From Dimorphilus gyrociliatus (taxonomy: Eukaryota > Animalia > Annelida), in assembly GCA_904063045.1 (NCBI GenBank), contig CAJFCJ010000100.1:91856-127697 (forward strand): a DNA stretch of 35,842 nucleotides, written 5' to 3'. Below the pieces are notes generated by a model. The model searched no databases. It saw only the letters and a list, made by a program, of their open reading frames with translations, and had not been told where the DNA came from. Below, piece after piece: positions 31,175 to 35,842 of the stretch. A program made the position numbers and the translations under genes. Numbering within the stretch: position 1 is the first letter of the stretch; the number at the start of each line of letters is the position of its first letter.

Positions 31175-31335
31175 GTGTGAGTACTTTCGTGCATTAATAA
31201 ATGATTGCAAAGGGCAAATACCATTCTCAAGAAGCAGAAATTCCTACAAAGTTAATTGAAAAAGACTATTACTAGACTCCTAATTGATACTAATGAAAAA
31301 TCTAATACAGTTATCTTTAGGCCCTAATCTGGTGA
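31175..31335 (+). mobile_element. Further gag 5' relic, internally deleted
   Basis: ATG at 31201 reads MIAKGKYHSQEAEIPT, then LKKTITRLLIDTNEKSNTVIFRP*SG (left element LEKTIASLLIDANEKPNTTLLRPYSG). Confidence 0.8.
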
Positions 31336-31339
31336 AAAA

Positions 31340-31720
31340 GAAAAACAAACCAGTTTTAAAATTTTCTTTAAAAAAAAATAAGAACTCTGCTTTTGATTGT
31401 TGTATTGAAATGGATGAAAATGGAGTTTTAAATACCAAAATCTCTGAAATAGTCACAGAAACAAATATCAACAAGAGGATGGATATAGAAATGGATGGCG
31501 TGAATATAGATGTAGAAGGTATAGATAAGAATAACTCAAATGACGAACAGATTTTAAATAAAAATATTTTTGACAACAAATCAAAAATAATGGAACCACA
31601 CTTTTTTGAAATTGAAGATGGAGTCTCCATTGAAATTGAAAATGTTCAATGTATTGAGGATTTACCCAAGAAAAACATAATGAAAATTTCTTCTTCTTTC
31701 AAACTATTAAATCATATTCC
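31340..31720 (+). other. Acidic low-complexity coding-like segment, possibly a MULE PHD-FLYWCH linker
   Basis: D/E/N-rich open frame (IEMDENG..MDIEMDG..FFEIEDG) with composition similar to the linkers of relics 1 and 3; no domain recognised. Confidence 0.3.
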
Positions 31721-31924
31721 CTATTCCATTTACTTCACTCATCTTGTTATTGAGATCAGCTTATTTCAAAATATGTGATGATTTTGTCAAAATTCATTTC
31801 ATCATCCCTAATTGGAGATATGCCTAAAACAAATCAATAGATGATTTGGTTGATTCATGACATTGTATTGATATGTTTTGAGTACATAAAAACACATAAA
31901 GTTTCTACAAGCAAACAGAAAGCA

Positions 31925-34900
31925 TCAACAATTTTCATTAAGATGAGGAATAGTTATTAAATAACCAATAGTAGAATTAGGTGATATTTCCAGTTCACTA
32001 TTTGTAATATTCAAAGAAGATACAAAACAATATTCAGTTGAAAAATTATATGAAAAAGATAAACATTTCATAGAATAACAATGATTTAAACATGATGAAA
32101 AATTTGTAATTATTATGGAACTCATTCCATTAGGAGTATTCATATTATTTAATTTCTTATCTTCCATAAGAGTCATTCTAAAATTTCTCTTTCCAAAATT
32201 TTCTTTGAAAAAAAAATAGTATTTTAATTTATTTTAAATTTTAAAAAGTAATTTTTAAAACCTTGTATCTTTCCAAATAGTTTAACTTCACAAAGTTTTA
32301 ACTCATTAGAGGTTGTTGCAGTATCTATATTCTTTATTAAAAGTAGCTCATTTCCAATACTTTGTTGAAGACATTTTATCTCGATAAGAGATTCAATTAT
32401 TGTTTCATTTGTATTGAGATTGCCACAAAAATTTATTATATAATATTCACCTTCTACTTTTGCACTATATAAGGAAATATACTTAAAATCTAAGAAAATG
32501 TATAGATTATTATATAAATATAAATATATTTATAAGATAGATTACCAGTTTTCACATCAAAAAATGGTTGAAGGATTACATGATCAATAAGAAAAAGTTG
32601 ATGAAATTTAAATGTAAGAATAATCTCTCCAGTTGATGATATCTTTGAACAAGATGAATATTTTTGTACACTTTCAATATTGTAAAAATTTCCATCTATA
32701 ATTTTCAGAGGAGAATTCTCAAAGTTCCATAAAGACAATTCATTCAAAGTGACTTCTACTATTGGAATCTCTTGTAAATTTACATCATGATATTTTTTTC
32801 CATATGCCAATATTTCAAAAATTTCCAAGTGATTTGTATTCGAATCTTGAATGAATAGAAATCTGCCATAACTATCATGAATACATTTCCATCGAACTGT
32901 ACCGCCATGTTTAGAATTACCATTTATATTGGAGCAATCAGATATAATTAATTCTTCGAAAGGATTAAAGTCATCAAGATTCTCTATGATTTTAAACTCA
33001 ATTTCATTGTATTTCTGTGATTCATGAGAAGTTCTATGAATACAAATATAATCAATTTTATACATAATAATAAGATTTATAAGCATCCATTGTATTTGTG
33101 TGTCAATAATACTAGCAGCCATGTAGTGTGTATTAAAGCCATCAGTAGCAAATGTTGCATAAAATGGATATTCAGTATTATTCATGTCAGAAAGTGTTGA
33201 AGACAGCCAACAAGGTTTTCCTCTAGCAATGTTACAAAGCCTTTGTTGTTTTAAAAAAATAAATCAAAATTCCTTTTTGTATGGAACTATTATTTTACTT
33301 ACGTGGCTCAGATATAAACATTCCAATGATATTGATACTTGCAAATGTTATTCTACTTTTTCCACTACTGGATCCAAATAGTGAAACATATTCAGCTAAT
33401 AATATATTCTCACATTTAATATAAACATATTCATGATCATATTCTATGGTTGAATCAAAACATTTTTCATCATCATAAAATTGCTTTATATCAGCAAAAA
33501 TGTCTCTGTTTATGATAAAAATTTGTAGAAAGTCTTTAATAGAGAAATCAAATAGTTCAATATCATAAATTATAAATTTTCCTTTAGGTGAACACAAAAA
33601 AAATGTTCATTTTCTTCTGATGATTTATAAATGTTTGATACTGGTTGTCCTTCCAAAGCATATCCAGCATAAAACTTATTATTTCCTTTTACACTTGAAA
33701 CAAATGAGTCTGCATTAAGAGCTAAATTATCTGTATTTTTAAAAATTTAAGAGAGACAGAGAGAGATAGGATGAAAAAAAAATAAGAATATTACATGAAT
33801 AATATGTTAGAGATACTGACTTGTATAAACTTCAATTTCACATATTGTAACACTTGTTGAATCAAAATAGAAATATTTACAAATTGACCAGGAGAAATAT
33901 CATTTTTGCATTGAAATATGTTAATTTTATTTGTTAAAGATAGAAAATTATTGTCTGGATTCATAGCATTATTATCAAGGCATAAATTAGGTGAAGAAAA
34001 TGAATAAGAAGTGTTTGTAACAGATATTGTAATTGTTTTGTTGTATCCTGGGAAAAGTTATTGAATAAATTAAGAGAGAGAGAGAGAGAGAAATATAAGA
34101 AAGACTATTCAAACAGAATAACAAATTCACAAATCTATATATCTACCTGAAATATCTGGAGGATATATAATTAATTGTCTTATTGTATATATTTTAATCA
34201 AATTAACAGAAATCCAAATTTGGCTAGAATCTTGTAAACCATGCATTATCAAAAGTAATTGGGTACAACCACCTAAATTTTGATTTGAGTGAATAACGCC
34301 ATCTGTTAAATGATTTCCATGATAAATATACTCAGGATATGCATATAATGACTATGCATTATTTCTTTATTTAGGGCAATATTATATTTTCCAGGAGATT
34401 AAATACCATTGCATAAATCTGTTTGAATAGAATTTGATACATTTAAATTTTCTATTCTTTGTGAAAAATTCTCAATATATTCTTTAGTCTCTTTGAAAGA
34501 ATGTGATAAAAAATATTTTCCATTTGTCTATAGGTTCTCTCTAACCAGAATTTATTTGAAGAACAATTTGAATATCTTCTCCATGAACCAATAATACATA
34601 TAACAGCATGTAGGTTTTTATAGGCAGCATCTGGACAAAAAACTTTCTCAAAATCATCTAAAAAGAAATATAGAGACAAAATGTCAGTTTCTCTTTCCAA
34701 TTTATGTAGCTTAAAAGTCAATGATGGAAAAATTGAAACACTGAAAATTTTGACCATTATAAATCATATCTTTAGTAAGGTTTTATGTGTTCCCAATTAG
34801 ACTATGGATAAGGCTCTTTGCTGGCCAATGAATAGGAGAGATTACTTTTATTTCTTCTATAAACAAGAATATACAGCCAAATTAAAAAAAATATTCATTA

Positions 34901-35576
34901 AGCAATACACAATATAAATACAAAAGTGTTTTCTCATAGTAAAAAGGAATTATAATTTTTTGGCAGTGTTCCAATATTTACATTGACTTTAAAATTTAAA
35001 AATTTTTTATTTTCTACCTAATGTAACCAAGGAATAAACTTTAGAAATGGTACTTAAAATTGAGTTAAATTTCTTCGGTTTACAAGAACTTTTTAAATAG
35101 CAAACATAATTTTTAAAACTTTTTTAATTCCTACTGTCATAACTTTACATTCCATAAGTTTTTTACACTCTTGTAGACATTGAAAAAGGGCTTTTGAAAT
35201 TGTAAAACTCTTATCCATACTCATATGTTCTAAATTGTTTCCTAGACAATCCAACTCTGAAGGTACATAATCTTGAACTATATAGATGAAAAAAAAAATT
35301 ATCCTAAGGATTTTTTCTAGCAAAACAAAAAAGAAAAAAATAAAAGTTTACTTTCATCACATAACAACCATGATAAGGTTCATCGCATTGGCAAATTCCT
35401 TGAATGCATCTTCCATAAAAAACAAAAGTCTTTATGAGAATTGCAGTATTCTTTGAAGAAGCATGTATAATTAAAAAGAGAATAAAATCTATTAAATTTA
35501 TTAAAAAAAAGATTTTACTAGTAAAAATATTGAAAGGATGATGATAATATAAAAAGATAAATGAAAATTTAGCCAT
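31925..35576 (-). pseudogene. Multi-exon extracellular protein: EGF-like, PAN, unassigned exon, four F-type-lectin (FTP/discoidin-like) folds, C-terminal PAN; several frameshifts; 5' end probably outside the window
   Basis: GRCIQGICQCDEPYHG (EGF); CLQECKKLMEC..CYLK (PAN); NIALNK..DG..C..WISVNL..TICEIEVY; NLALNA..; NIARGKP..WMLINL..YGRFLFIQ..LEIFEILAYG; ..LKLCEVKLFG; CLNHCYSMKCLSFSY (PAN). Frameshifts lie near 35420, 35110, 34370, 33860, 33585 and 32340. Confidence 0.75.
34073..34090. repeat. (AG)9 microsatellite serving as the polypyrimidine tract of a minus-strand intron
   Basis: Directly visible. Confidence 0.85.
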
Positions 35577-35842
35577 TTTGTAATGAAGAGAAGAGAAAAT
35601 TATCTTTAATATAATTTAATATAAAGAATAATTATTGAATTATCATCTATGTAAATTATTCATATTTCCATTGGTATTAATTATCTATTGTAAATGTCAG
35701 CGACTGTAAAATATTGTACTTTACTGCTTAATTAATTATTTGGTAAGTATAAACTTTTATTATTATGGATCTTATTGATCAATGCCTCAGGCTGATTAGT
35801 GTTTAAGTTGCTTTAGTAATTTTCTACCATTAAATTGACACC

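Overview
Very AT-rich eukaryotic (animal) genomic DNA with short GT-AG introns (53-85 bp where I could map them). The gene content (GRL101-type LDLa-LRR GPCR, KY/hillarin-like, PAN and F-type-lectin-fold proteins, RI-type NLR) suggests a compact lophotrochozoan genome such as a miniature annelid; this is inference, not an identification. The window mixes immune/sensory-type receptor genes, mostly decayed, with transposon debris. Left to right: (1) the 5' part of a Ty3/Gypsy-like retrotransposon (gag-protease, minus strand), whose protease-RT spacer carries a tandem array of SUMO-interacting-motif-like repeats; (2) a 1428-aa death-fold/NACHT/LRR (NLR) gene whose last LRR is cut by that element; (3) three diverged PHD-FLYWCH-MULE transposase relics, two of them flanking a scrambled cassette of the same retroelement family; (4) a mosaic GRL101-like GPCR pseudogene; (5) KY-like and MULE C-terminal fragments; (6) an apparently intact 4-exon secreted PAN-PAN-beta-sandwich gene; (7) two copies of a MULE-type MITE with 9-bp TSDs; (8) a Tc1-like element with DD35E spacing; (9) a RING exon/gene; (10) a frameshifted EGF/PAN/F-type-lectin-repeat gene. 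I saw no rRNA, tRNA or CRISPR. All domain calls come from motif recognition by eye; no database search was run.
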